A DNA stretch of 63,702 bases, counting the filler, from Reticulomyxa filosa (lineage: Eukaryota > Protista > Foraminifera): NCBI GenBank assembly GCA_000512085.1. It is 23 parts of 23 records of this genome, joined end to end, with 100 filler letters (N's around TTAATTAATTAA, not from the genome) between each part and the next. Parts side by side here need not be neighbours in the genome. Positions count along the whole stretch, not along the records: positions 24,783 to 26,499 come from ASPP01046369.1; positions 26,600 to 28,145 come from ASPP01026038.1; positions 28,246 to 29,760 come from ASPP01039508.1; positions 29,861 to 31,190 come from ASPP01006621.1; positions 31,291 to 34,156 come from ASPP01040053.1; positions 34,257 to 35,947 come from ASPP01014522.1; positions 36,048 to 37,282 come from ASPP01018608.1; positions 37,383 to 39,163 come from ASPP01021140.1; 15 more parts are not named here. The stretch is one strand, 5' to 3'. The position numbers and the translations under genes were made by a program. Below are positions 25,717 to 38,800 of the stretch, piece by piece. Position 1 is the stretch's first letter, and the number at the start of each line of letters is the position of its first letter. The notes under the pieces were generated by a model. The model did no database searches, was not told the origin of the DNA, and saw nothing but the letters and a program-made list of their open reading frames with translations.

Positions 25717-26499
25717 TCACTTCACTCTCAAACAATCTTCACCCGGAGGCACTGTTTCAAAAAACAGTTGAACATCTTCTTCATTCAAATACCACACTGC
25801 TGGATTTTCTTTGTCTTGCTCCAATCTTATTTTAATCTTCCATTTGTTTAATTCATCTTCAATACTCTTCTTTTTTGGAGATTCATAATCTTCCTTCCAT
25901 CCACCTAATCTTGCTCTGTTTGAGAATTGAGATTTTCCACACACTATTTTTATTGGACCATTTTTAAATTTTCTCTTCAATTCTTGTCTTTGAAATGTCA
26001 TCAAATAACGCAACATAAAACATGTTGTAGGGGTTGAAAAGTAACTAAAGCCCAACAATGTTTGTTTTTTGTTTAAAATATTTTGGTTCCAATAACTTAA
26101 TGAATGAATATAATTTGGTTCTTGAAATAATATCCTTTCAACATCTTTCACTGCTTTCATCCATGATTTCTTATTCAATAACACATATACTTTTATCAAA
26201 TTATCAATATCTTTCAATAAAATAGTAGCAGGTTTAAATTTGATATCAGGATATAACTCATTTTGGAAAATATTCAAATATTTCTGATGGTGAAATGATA
26301 ATTGTTCAATTTCATTTCCATCTAATATTTCCATCATTTTCAAATGTCCCACACTTTTCAATGCTACTATGAGATTGTATTTCAAGTTAATATTACTATT
26401 TAAAGCCAATTTTGGAATTTGATTATCATAAAAATCAAACATCTCTTTTATTTTATTCGCTTTCAAAAATCCTGACATAATTGTTGTACATGTTATTTC
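25717..26499 (-). CDS. PPR-repeat protein C-terminus with Smr-like domain
   Basis: IMSGFLKANKIKEMFDFYD (PPR-like helix pair); C-terminal IKIVCGKSQFS..SPKKKSIEDEL..NPAVW resembling Smr. Confidence 0.65.
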   Translation of the reverse strand, partial: EITCTTIMSGFLKANKIKEMFDFYDNQIPKLALNSNINLKYNLIVALKSVGHLKMMEILDGNEIEQLSFHHQKYLNIFQNELYPDIKFKPATILLKDIDNLIKVYVLLNKKSWMKAVKDVERILFQEPNYIHSLSYWNQNILNKKQTLLGFSYFSTPTTCFMLRYLMTFQRQELKRKFKNGPIKIVCGKSQFSNRARLGGWKEDYESPKKKSIEDELNKWKIKIRLEQDKENPAVWYLNEEDVQLFFETVPPGEDCLRVK

Positions 26500-27662
26500 N
26501 NNNNNNNNNNNNNNNNNNNNNNNNNNNNNNNNNNNNNNNNNNNTTAATTAATTAANNNNNNNNNNNNNNNNNNNNNNNNNNNNNNNNNNNNNNNNNNNNC
26601 ACATACAGAGTTATGAAATTTACAACACAAGTTAGTCATTTTTAATTGTTTTGCTTTACATTCTTTAGTAGTAAAGAGACTAAAATGATGATCCCTTTTT
26701 TATAGATGTCAACAAGTGAAAACAAAAAAATAAGTGAATGTGTTTCAATTATTGAACATTAGTAATTTCCAAAAACTTACTTCCGTCAAAATGATTGGGA
26801 AATTCCAAAGTTCAAATGTTGAAATAATAAATTATAGTTGTTAACATAAGATTGATAAACAACTTAATGATGCATTTTCACTTTTGCTGCATAAGTGGTG
26901 AACAGTCAATTATATTCGCACTACCTAGAGTCTCACAAAGATCTTGGAAAAAATTGAAGCAATACTCAACGATTGAAAGCGAATTTCTGGTATTTATGAT
27001 TGAAGTGCAATGGAACTTTAAGGTTCATCAAGCTATAAAAATTGTAATGCCACGGGCGCGAAAAGACATGCTTTTCTTATAAGAGCATTGAATAAAGCGA
27101 AATGCTAAGGAAACTTGAAAGTAATACAGATGTCTTACGACAAGATAGCACAAGGCAAAGCCAAGTTTATTGACTGCTAATACGGTGACTACAGCAAATT
27201 GTACATAAGTGCTGCATTGTAGTGACAAAGTTGTTGCAAATGTAGCAGTTACTAAAGTCCAAACAAGTGACAAATTTTATCAAAACCAAACAGTTCAGCG
27301 AAAGCCAAGTCATAGTCAACTACTATTTATTCAATAAAAAGATAATAAGAAGAAATGTTGAAGTTGTGTAAGCATGATGATGAACTTAACTGCAAAAAAA
27401 ACCCTTTTTCTTTATTTGAACGTTCAAAAAAAATTGATTTACATAATTGATAACAAGAAAGAAAAGATTTGACAATAATATCAAGATTTTTACATTTCAT
27501 AGATACAATATCGTGTAAAATTGTTTAGTATTGATTATATAACAACAATAATTCCAACTATGTTTTAGTTGATATTATTACAAGAAGAGTCTTCCAAAGT
27601 AGATATATAATAACTACCGTTACAAACAAATAAAAACAAACAAAAAAAACCAACAAAAATTT

Positions 27663-28145
27663 TTAATATTTAGTATGCCCACTCATTGCTTTGATCAAAG
27701 CTTTTATCCTATCAGGCATGTATTCCACTAACGTTCTACAAATATCTTTGTTGATCTCTTCTAATTCTTTCTCAAATATCTCCCAAAACTGCTCCAAAGA
27801 TATAACACAATCTTTATAATTCGCCACAGATTCTCCAAAAATTCCATAGTTGAATTTGACTTGTGACAAGATGCATTGCCTTGCTGAAAGATAAAGTCAT
27901 CATGATACTTTTCTTCGAGAAAATATTGACGATAGTTCAACATTTTGTCAGCGATAATCTCTTTATACAACTCAAAGTTAATAGTTACTGTGATTTTGGC
28001 AGAATCTACAAATCATCATGCTTACTCCACCACCTTTCGAAGTAGGCTTAGTAGTACGATCGGAATCATTTCATTAGGTCTTCTCAAAATGTATTCTTTT
28101 CCGTCACTTCCGAAACGATTTATTTTCGTTTCATCGGAAAAAATC
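27663..28145 (-). mobile_element. Tc1/mariner DDE transposase remnant (pseudogene)
   Basis: IFSDETKINRFGSDG, FIFQQGNASCH, LVEYMPDRIKALIKAMSGHTKY; frameshifted, with the WPxxSPDLNPIE segment missing. Confidence 0.88.
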
Positions 28146-31100
28146 NNNNNNNNNNNNNNNNNNNNNNNNNNNNNNNNNNNNNNNNNNNNTTAATTAATTA
28201 ANNNNNNNNNNNNNNNNNNNNNNNNNNNNNNNNNNNNNNNNNNNNGTTCAAAAATCATTATTGTCAATGTGTTATCAACGTTGATTCACAACAAAGCAAC
28301 TGGCACCACTCACATTCCCCAACAAATACATGTTTAGCGATTCCATGTCTGCGTACTTTGTCGTCAAGTGACATGAACCAATCTGGACACGCTGTGGATG
28401 AACAAGTTTGTCGTGAAGATCTCGCTATTCTACAACCTGCTTATTCCGCCTGACATTGTTGAAAAGTACCTTCACAAGAGCCGCGACGACCATTGCGTTC
28501 TCACGAATACTGATAGTGACGACGGCAGCAAGGCAACAAGGATAATGATAGTGATGGTCGCAATGGCAATGACAATGATGATGAAAATAATGAAAAAGAA
28601 AAAAAGCAAAGACAAATTGAATTCGAAACAAAACGACCAAGACAAAAAGAAGAAAGGTGAAACGTCAAGCAGATTTACATATATATGTGTACGTACGTAT
28701 GTACATATATACAATTGGAATTCTGTCATTACCAATTTTCAATTGCTACTACATTCTTTTGATCTTATGTAATGAACAGTGAAAATGATCAAATGGAATC
28801 ACAAAAGCTTCCAATGGTAACCGACATCGGTGATAACATCAAAGGGACAATCAATAATTCAATGATATTAATAATCAATATGGAGTTATCACTGATCATG
28901 TGCAAGGCCTGGTATATTTTTTTAAAATTAGTATTTAGTATTAATTTAAAAAAAAAAGATTGCAGTGCCTTGCACAACAAGAAACACGACAATTGATAAC
29001 ACGTTGTACAGCATTGTCACGAGTTACCATCAAGGAGGAAATAATAAAGAGATTGCATATTCTTCTCTTGCGCATGCGTGTGTTTTTATATAATCACAAA
29101 CAATACGAATGGAATATATGAAAGGAGGACGACGTATTGATGCAGGGAATGTGAAATTATGGTGAAAAGCAAGGCGTGTCTAAATTCACATAGATAAAGA
29201 CAAATGAAAACAATTGGCATAATAAATTACGTTGGAAGTATTGATATGCGTTTCAAAAACTGTACATGGAAATGAAACACAAATAATAATAGAATGTTAT
29301 TTGTGATTCCCAATGTCACACATATACTGATGCAAATTAATTGATGGAAAATACCAAAATTGTGGTATATTTGTGATTGAAATATCTCCGGTACAAGAAC
29401 TGTGATTATTAGTAGGAAATGATTGGATTATCTCATTTAGCACTTAATTAATTCAGGTGCCTTTAAAATATTATGTGCAATTGCAAGTAACTGTTTTGTC
29501 TTCATTTTAAAAAACGCGTTTTTAAGTAAACATTTGTTTGTTTGTGTGCTATCAAAAAACATTTATTATTTTTGTTTTAGTAATTGAATTAATTTGCTGT
29601 TGTTGTTTTCTTCTATCTAAAGATACATGAACTAGAACATATGCTTGCTTTTTTTTGTTCATTTATTTTCATTTATGATGTCTCTTTTTGTTTGTAATTC
29701 TTTTATCATGTTTTATAATTTTGTTATTGAGTCTCACTTTTGTTCATTTGAAAATTTTGANNNNNNNNNNNNNNNNNNNNNNNNNNNNNNNNNNNNNNNN
29801 NNNNTTAATTAATTAANNNNNNNNNNNNNNNNNNNNNNNNNNNNNNNNNNNNNNNNNNNNTTTTTTTTTTTTTTTTTTTCCAAAAAAAAAAAAAAAAAAA
29901 AAAGGACCTTATTTTATTAGAAAAAATATACATGTACATATATACATATCCAAACGTCACAATATGCATATGTGTACAATATTTGGTGGATGAAACATAA
30001 CTCCAGGAAAATGCTCACGCAAATACAAAAACTCACTTAGTGAGGACGACTGACTATCTTCCACTCTTGTTAATATATTTTGATTGCTTGTAAACTTTTG
30101 TTTGTTTTATGTGTATGTGTGACTGTGGTTCAAATCCAATCCGTCTTTTGTACAATAGGATCAAGGTAGAGTAACGTTTGGTTGTAGCAATGTGTTGGTC
30201 GTCAAATCGGATATAAGAGACTGCGATTTTTGTCGATTGCGGATCGTTTGGTCCTTACTTATGCAAGAATCATACTTTTGCTCACTGTTGTCCTTGACTT
30301 CCTTCTCCAATATCGAATCCTCTCTCTCTCCTGCAAAGACCTGTCGTCATTGTTGCAAGCTTCAAAGTGTCTCCTTTTCTCTTTCACGACATCTCGTCCT
30401 CTTATCATAAAACACTATTCCTACAAAAGGGTACAAATTACATTGAGGTAGCCAAAAAACCACATCTCTGCTATTCGAGAGAATAAATTTATGACAGGGA
30501 GAAATTATTACCGAAATTTTTTTTCTTCAAAACTTTTGTTGGGTTTGTGCTTTTTTTTTTCCGAACACTACGAACGATCACTGTAATAATAAAAAAAAAA
30601 TTTGCTTTTAAAACGAAAATGTTTACAGTTGCAAGTATCTTTTTCGTAGATTGATATCTTTTTTAGAAAATAAGTAAAGCCTTAACATTAAAAAAACGAG
30701 CAAGTTCCAGCTGTGAGAGTTTTTTCAACGAAAGTGACAATATTTACCACATATTGAGTTTTGTCAAGTTCGAAAAAGCGGAAGCATGACACTCCAATCA
30801 AAAATGATTCAATATTTCACGCCAAACTTCTTTGCGGCTTTGTTGTTATTGGTGTTGACAGCGGTATTGTTAGTTTTGGTCCACCTGAACGCAAAAGTTT
30901 CGAACGACAACAAGACCTTTGACAAACAAAAAAAGAAATGGGAAACAAAAAAAAAAATAATTAAAAAAAAAATAGCAACAAAAAGTATCAATGTGGAACT
31001 TTATCATGACCCCAACAAAAGAATATTACAAGCAACAATTGCAATGTGCTCAACAAGTTAATAAACCGATGCATGCTTTTTTTTTTTTTTGTTTTGTTTC

Positions 31101-31290
31101 AAAGATGGCGGGGGAATTGAGGCAAACGAGAGCTTGAATGTTATGAAAAGTGTTATTCTTTCAGAGCGAAAGGAGTCAAAAAAAAAAAAANNNNNNNNNN
31201 NNNNNNNNNNNNNNNNNNNNNNNNNNNNNNNNNNTTAATTAATTAANNNNNNNNNNNNNNNNNNNNNNNNNNNNNNNNNNNNNNNNNNNN

Positions 31291-31603
31291 TATTCGATCT
31301 GGTCAACAAATTCAAGTGTTCAATGGACACAATGACTGGGTGTATGCTGTTGAATATTCACCATTTGTGATAAAGAATAGTAGTGGTAATTCGAATGTGA
31401 TATGTTCTGGATCGGATGATAATACAATTCGCTTTTGGGATATTCGATCAAATAAGAATGAATTGTATATTATCAAAGGAGATGATGGAATATTCTGTCT
31501 TAAATTTATTGGATTGAAAAAGAAAGAGAAGACTAATAATATTGCATATGATTTAAATTTGTGTTATGGTTCAAAAAAAGGTTCCATTCGTATTTGGGGA
31601 TAA
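31291..31603 (+). CDS. WD40-repeat protein, 3' end
   Basis: FNGHNDWVYAVEYSP..ICSGSDDNTIRFWDIR..LCYGSKKGSIRIWG. Confidence 0.92.
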
Positions 31604-32184
31604 TTTATTTTTTGTCGAATAAGAAATGAAAATGTTTTTTCTTTGAAAAGTTTGATAAAAAGAAAAGTAAGGTGATATTACTTGTTTAATTTGATTGAAT
31701 GCAGGCATTGAAAAATGTGTAATATCTTACTTTGTTGTTTAAAAAATTTAAAGAGTTGCATTCAATGTTTTTTAAAAATTCAATGGCATTACAAATGAAA
31801 ATTGTATTCAAATTGCAAGATATTTTAAGCATTGAGCTTTCTTCATTGCAAATCACTACTGATTTTTTTTAAACTGTTATTTTTTTATATAGTATCAAAT
31901 ACTTAAAACAGGATAAAGTAAAAAGGACAGCAGGGTACATTATCAAAAATAACATTTTCTCCTGAAGCAGAATGAATGATCAGTAATTCAAAAGAATGAA
32001 ATCAGATGAAGATCCTCCAGTACCTCATGAATAGTTCTCTTAAGATACCACACTCTAAGCTGTATCTCTGTGACATTAGCTTCATTTAGTGATTGCTGTT
32101 TGGAGAACAAATGAGATGATGAAAATATTAAATTATTGATTAAATCACCATAATCTGTCCATTTCCTGCCTTTGATACAAAGCA

Positions 32185-32535
32185 ATGAATCATGTTAAAT
32201 AACAAATGATTGTTGCTTCCACCAATCACTGCGCGCACTCCTTGGTAATTATCTTCATTTCTTCCGATAATAATTGGATGATTGTGATTGTCTGTGAAAG
32301 GGGCCCATTGATTGTAATTGTTCAATTCATTTGATTTGTTTGATATATTACTCCAAACACTTACATATTTCATCACCAATGTATGTTTTTTTATAATTCC
32401 ATTTCCACCAAAGACAACAAAGTGGTTTCATTGCTTTCTTTGTTGTTATTTACTAGCTTCACTACAGAGTGTCCGTATAATTTAACATCACTTGAATACT
32501 CATATATAAACTTGTATTCATTTTTGAGTAGGTGT
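32185..32535 (-). pseudogene. Kelch-like repeat gene fragment
   Basis: YKFIYEYSSDVKLYGHSVVKL, LLSLVE, TLVMKYVSVW, YNQWAPFTD..YQGVRAVIGGSNNHLLF; truncated at both ends. Confidence 0.65.
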
Positions 32536-33689
32536 TTTTCTGGTTTGTAGTCGAAACATCACAAGTTGAAACCAAATCCTTTGGTTAGGATCGCGCTTTT
32601 ATCATTTATGCTGTTGGCATACTTTGTTTAGATTGGAAACGGTTCAAACAAAATGCGAATTAAATGTGATATTTGCACAAAGTCATTTAGTGTTGGAAAA
32701 AAAAGAAGGTGTATTAGAGGTTCGTATTCGGCACCTCGTATATCGATGTCCGTTGTGACTTTTTTTTTATATGAAAAATACTAAAGGTGAAAATTGGAAG
32801 GGCCAGTCATACAGAACGAATCAAGTCAATATGAATGGCGAGAAAACAAGATCAATCGCAAAAACGCATCGTTATATCCACACAACCTCAAGCACACGTT
32901 GCTCTTCAGTTGCAGCACCAACTCGGCTATTACCTGAACAACAGCAGCTACCGTTCGCTACAACCCTTGGCCCGACTGATTCCAGTAATACGTGGCCAAT
33001 GAGAATCAGTGCAAAGAGGAAAAGAAATAGCAAATGAAAAGGCAGTGTGGATACCGTACATTTAGTAAGTTGTTCTTATTTTTTAAGTGTTTGAAGTCAA
33101 TTGATGACAGTAGCTGATCACTTCACTCAGAGCAAATTGCCATGATTGATACTACTCCACTGACATAGCTTTTTTTTTTAAAAAAAATGATTTGTTTACA
33201 CGCTTTTTCGCCCAAATAAGACAAAAAAAAAATTTATAGAATTCTCAAGTTTTCAAATCTTACGCCACACGTAAAATTTGGCAAGATAATAGTTATTCTG
33301 TCGTTTGGAGTAACAATATTGCTGGTCTATCTGTCCTCTTACTGCAAGCCTTGTTAACCTTGCCTTTTTGCTGATAGCAACAGCGGTGAAAGTGGAAGAT
33401 AATGTCACTGACATTGTTTAGTGTGTTTCTAATTATTGGTTTGTGGCTGTTTAATGTAAGGCTGTGCGAGGTTAAAAAATATAAACAAGTACTGTGATTT
33501 GCTAACTTAGAAAGAAGGAAAAAATAGCCACTGTTTGAAATTTTTCTTATTTGGAATAATGAATGAGGAACGTGTCAAGGGAGATAAACAATAAAAGGAA
33601 AAAAAATAAGTGAGTAAAAAAAAAAAAAGGCAATCAATAAATTAATAAAAAAGCTTCACAAATTCGATGGTAGTTTTAAGTACTGACAT

Positions 33690-34156
33690 TTGTCAACTGT
33701 CTCAATTCCACCAAATAGCTTGCTCCAGTAGCAACCCCATTGAGCAAAACAAAGAGATGACTTCTATATACCTGCCAAAACAGCCAATGTCCAACCAGTA
33801 AGAATGCACGATATCAAAAATGTCGGACCACAACCTTTTTTTTTTTAAAAAAAAGGGTACTAAGTGTGAGGGGAAAATGATTGTATACGTAGCCTCTTTT
33901 GTGTGAAATACTTTTACCTATGCGCAGTGACACATAAGTAAAGGAATACAAAAGGAAGCCATGGTAACTATTCCGTTTTTGACAGCACTTTCCCCTTCTT
34001 CAACTGGTTGAATATTAAATATTAAGTTCTTCAATAAACATTTGATCAATAAAAAAATCATGAGATTTGACCATTGTACGTAAAATCAATTCGGCGATAC
34101 GATTGCAAATGCGGTTACTATCCCATCAAGCCCGCCGTAAATAATTGATTTTACAA
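33690..34156 (-). pseudogene. VIT1/CCC1 vacuolar iron transporter, decayed
   Basis: Minus-strand IIYGGLDGIVTAFAIVS (VIT1 signature); later GIVTMASF and TFLISCILT transmembrane segments; large internal loss and stops. Confidence 0.7.
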
Positions 34157-34384
34157 NNNNNNNNNNNNNNNNNNNNNNNNNNNNNNNNNNNNNNNNNNNN
34201 TTAATTAATTAANNNNNNNNNNNNNNNNNNNNNNNNNNNNNNNNNNNNNNNNNNNNTTTTTCTTTACCGTTATGTTGAATCGTCGAATGCAATAACGATC
34301 TATTCAATCCAATCAACAAATAAATATAAATAAATTAATATTTATATACATATATATGTTTATATATATATTATTTTTTTTTTT

Positions 34385-35072
34385 TTAAAAGATGTAACTT
34401 CTACTCTCAGGCTTTGCTTTGATATTATCTAAATAATAAGACGTGAAAGGGTTTTCTTCCTTTGAGTCCATGAAAGCATCTTTTCTCACATTTTCTTGGA
34501 CCCGGTTTTGTGATTGGTTTTGCACTGTCTCTCGGATTGGCTTGGACACAACTTCGGGGAGTATAGGGGTGAACACAGGCTTCGAACTGACCAGCTGATC
34601 CTCTTGAATTGACATGCTTTTGGATAGATCCAGGTTGTCGTTACTCGTAGTGGATACACGTTCGGCGTTGGCATTGCTGTTGCTATTGTTTCTATTGTTG
34701 ATATTGCCGTCGTGGTTGCCACTGTCGTCAAATTTGAATAAAAGCTCGGCTGCTGGTGTCCCCGTAGCTTTGTCCGCATTGGCTTCATCCACTTGCACAC
34801 TCCCTACTTTCATTGCCCTGAAAGCATCTGAGGATTGGCGCAAATTCATTACCGCCGACACCGTCGTGTTGCGAGCGTTCTTCTCATCGCGTTTGCGTTG
34901 AGACACGTGAGACAGATCGGACATGGCCACAGAAGACCCTTGAGAATTTTGGAGTTCTTCTTCTGTTATTATTATTATTTATTTTATTATTATTATTTTT
35001 TTTTTTTTTTTTTATTTAAAAAAAATAATTGATGCATATGCATAATATAATATATACATATATATGTATATG

Positions 35073-35103
<31 letters not shown>

Positions 35104-35870
35104 GTATATACATGTATATGGACTCCAAAAATATGTTGAAGTGTTTGTATATCCTGACCAGATAATTTGTTTTGGGATGGAAGAAATGTTGACGTTTTTT
35201 TTTTAAAAGATCTGCGAGCAGTTCGACGTATGCCTTGTGCCAACCCTTCACTCATAAGCGAGATCACTTCGATACGTAAAGCATTGGATAAATTTTGCTG
35301 CTGGTTACGTTTGGGGATGACTCTATTTTTTTTTTTTTGTGCTAAGATGTTGCATATACATAAATATGTATTATATATTGAATACAAAAGAGAAAAAAAA
35401 AAACAAAACTGGTTGATTGTCTTTTGCAACAATGGCTCAGTCAAAGCAGTCTTGCCATAGTCGAGCAATGGATTTTTCCGACCCATGGCAGACAAGGCAA
35501 CAATGGTTTTTCCAATGTCGCAAATGTCGAACGAGGGTCAAGCAACTTCCACGCGATCGCGTCGATCAAGGCTTGAAGAGCGACGTAAATGAGCAACAAA
35601 TAGGACGGCCATTTGGAGTGGGCGCCCTCTTCAGGTCCTTTTCGTTGCAAGTTGGCATTGACAACGGGGCCCCAACATCCCAGCCCAACCATGTAGCAAG
35701 CCGTAAATGCTGTTACTATTACAAATTGCTTGCGGATCACCTCCCTGTGTACAAACATATATGGTTGATTGCACTGTTGACCCTTTTTTCCTCCCTTTTC
35801 GTTGTGTCCATCACTAATGTCCCTTATCCTTTTGATCCGTCATACAAGTTTGTTTTTCCCCACGTCTTAT
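34385..35870 (-). CDS. GPCR-like 7TM protein fragment with LRx9G(I/L) linker (GPCR-PIPK type)
   Basis: TM6/TM7-like segments 35540-35760; exon 35215-35322 encodes NLSNALRIEVISLMSEGLAQGIRR; the kinase domain is not present within the contig. Confidence 0.55.
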
Positions 35871-36047
35871 TTCACATTTGTTTAAACTACTTCACACCAT
35901 CCCAAAAAAAAAAAAAGGGGGAAAACAAAAAAAAAAAAAAAAAAAAANNNNNNNNNNNNNNNNNNNNNNNNNNNNNNNNNNNNNNNNNNNNTTAATTAAT
36001 TAANNNNNNNNNNNNNNNNNNNNNNNNNNNNNNNNNNNNNNNNNNNN

Positions 36048-36205
36048 TTTTTTTCAGGATGGATGGGATTGTTGCAAATGGATTGTATGTTTGTGTTACA
36101 AAAAAAAAAACAAAGTGTGTTATTGTATTGGGATCCACAAGATCACTCAGAGCCAGTGTTCCAAGGGAGTTTAGCTCCTGGTGAAGAATCAGTTATATAT
36201 ATATA

Positions 36206-36264
<59 letters not shown>

Positions 36265-37282
36265 ATAATGTAATTTATTCAAACAAAAAAATGTTAATTT
36301 TTTTTTTAAAAAAAAAAAAAAGAATAAGACTTATGCATGATGTTTTTTGTATACGTATATACATATATATATGCATATATATGTATATAAAAGCATATAA
36401 ACACATACGAAGGCCATCGCTTTTTCTTTGCACCGGCCAATGGAGAGAGGAGAAAGCTGTTTGAGATAACGGCGAGGAGCTACGACCGCGTGATAATCCT
36501 GTACGACGAGGAGATAATGAAGCAACGGTCGGAGGAGATGGCGGAGCAAAGGGAACAGTTTTTGCAAGAGTACTTTGCAAAAACGAACCGACCGTGGAAG
36601 AACTTTTATCCGAGAGATACTTTTGTGTCCCATCACATGTACAACGCCACCCATCTCGGTCAGACGTTTCACGTCACTTCCAATCATAGTTACTTTGTCA
36701 ATTGCAGCGACATTACTTCTCAAAATGAGTCACTTTTTCAACGCATCGATGGTTATACAATTTATTCTCTTTTTTTTTTTTTTTTTTTTTTTTCCAATTT
36801 TTTTTTAAATTATTATAAATTATTAATAAGTAAAAAAGGGGGGGGGGTGTGTATACGTACGTATTGTTGCGCTATTTTTTTTAGGAAAAATATATGCAAC
36901 AGCAAGAAACTTTTTGTCAGATGAAAGATACGCCGCTGCAACTGACGATTGAAACTCTGTGTTTGGAACCCAAGATCTTTCGCGTCAATAATATCCTCAA
37001 CGACTTTGAGTCGGCACATATCATCCGCTCCGGTCATGAAATTGGGCTGAAACGATCCACCGTGGCCGAAACTGCGACCGTCACACAAGACCGCACTTCG
37101 TCCACCGCTTGGATCGATCGTCCTCATTCTCTCCTCATCGATACTGTCTTCAGGAGAATCGCTGATGTCGTTCAAATACACGAGTCCTTTCTTTGGTTAC
37201 ATCGCGCTGCTGAGAGTTTGCAATTAGTCAATTACCAACCTGATCAGGTTTTTTTTTTTTTTTTTTGTGTTCACGATACTTT
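36048..37282 (+). CDS. Prolyl 4-hydroxylase alpha-like 2OG-Fe(II) oxygenase, internal multi-exon fragment
   Basis: IETLCLEPKIFRVNNILNDFESAHII..LKRSTV..RTSSTAW..RRIADV..ESLQLVNYQPDQ. Confidence 0.85.
36195..36266. repeat. (TA)n/(ATATGT)n intronic microsatellite (similar at 35050-35118, 17862-17930, 20440-20488)
   Basis: Directly visible tandem repeat. Confidence 0.9.
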
Positions 37283-37699
37283 NNNNNNNNNNNNNNNNNN
37301 NNNNNNNNNNNNNNNNNNNNNNNNNNTTAATTAATTAANNNNNNNNNNNNNNNNNNNNNNNNNNNNNNNNNNNNNNNNNNNNAAATTGTGAATAACCTTT
37401 ACATCTTTCACCTTGGCTCAACGTTCCATCTGGACCAAAATCTTTTTGCATTGCAGGCACAGGAAAACGATAACATATAACTTTGGAGATTACTGTGAGT
37501 GTGAAGGGAGGTGGTGTGAGAGGGTAAAGTTGAAGAAAGATGGAGGTGGATCATTTCAGTAAATGCTTGTCTCTGATTCTTTCAACATGTTATATGAACA
37601 TACCCACATTTGAATTTTTTGTACATGTCGACGACAACAACGACCATATCAATTAATCTGGTGATATCTCCTTTTTGATTGTAATATTTCGACGTGTGA

Positions 37700-38800
37700 A
37701 ATTGAGCTCGTATTAATGCTTGATTATTATTTCATTCGGGATGAAATTAGCTTGCTTCACAAGGATGGCGATGATTGTTTAACCGCGTCTTCGGTGTGTT
37801 GGAGCATCTATGAGATAGTGTTCAAATTTGTAAACATACCCAAGATGCTGGAAATGTCGATAATTGCACTCGTTTGCCTGGACGATCCCAAAAGTACAAT
37901 CGATCATTACACACTCCATTACGCTTTCAACGAGTTGTTGTTCACTGTATTGATATATTCAATGTTACTGCAGCAGTTCGAATATGCTCCATGACTTCGG
38001 GACCAAAGCAAAATAAACTCACATGCTTGTCACAAATATATGTTACCACATGCATATCGTCATTTTCTTCTCACTGGACAAATGATTATATTGGACTTGA
38101 AAACACCACCACTGCAAAGGCGAGTTCATTATCGGATATCCAAAACTTGAGTGTTCTGCTGTTTGGTACGATGTTCATGCAAGATCTTCGACAAGGTCGC
38201 TAAAGTCTTTGCATTAGACTTTTGAGGACGCTATGTATTAATGGTCCCCAATGTGTAATGGTATGTGCCAATAAAGATGCCTTCCAAGTAGAAATGGTTT
38301 TGAATCTCGAACACTGCGATGCAGAAATGAATATTGGTTACAATATGGTGGCCACACAAACGCAATTGAACTAACTACTAGTCGGACAAGTGCATTTGTT
38401 TTGGTGAATAATTGTGCTGGTGTTGTGGTTGATGGAGGCAATAAGTATACGTGTGAGTGGCGCTAATTTACTACAAATGAGCAGCGTTGGTAGAGTATGG
38501 CAAGCGCTCAAGCAATGTAGAGGATGGGAGAACGTATATATATTTTTGTCCAAGAAGAACCAGTTTGTTGGACGTACCGCTTTGCAGATCAATTGCGACC
38601 ATATCGAGTATTGTCCTTTTTCATTGACAATTACATTGAATGAAGTAGTGAATTTGACCATATATCTATAACGATTGATATGAGATTGCACATTGTAGAC
38701 AATGCTGAGATTCGGATGGAGTGCAGCTTGTATTTGGCGAATGTCAATATCTTCGGCTAACATCAAGCGCAAGTTCAGCAGAATAATTTTCCATTATGCG
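37700..38800 (-). pseudogene. Heavily decayed gene, possibly GMC-type oxidoreductase
   Basis: Coding-like composition with many stops; weak similarity of FLHRSV..LLGRHLYWH and AIIDISSI to GMC motifs. Confidence 0.2.

Noticed and set aside
32718-32738. GGTTCG B-box-like hairpin as tRNA
   Set aside because: No matching T-stem, acceptor stem or A-box
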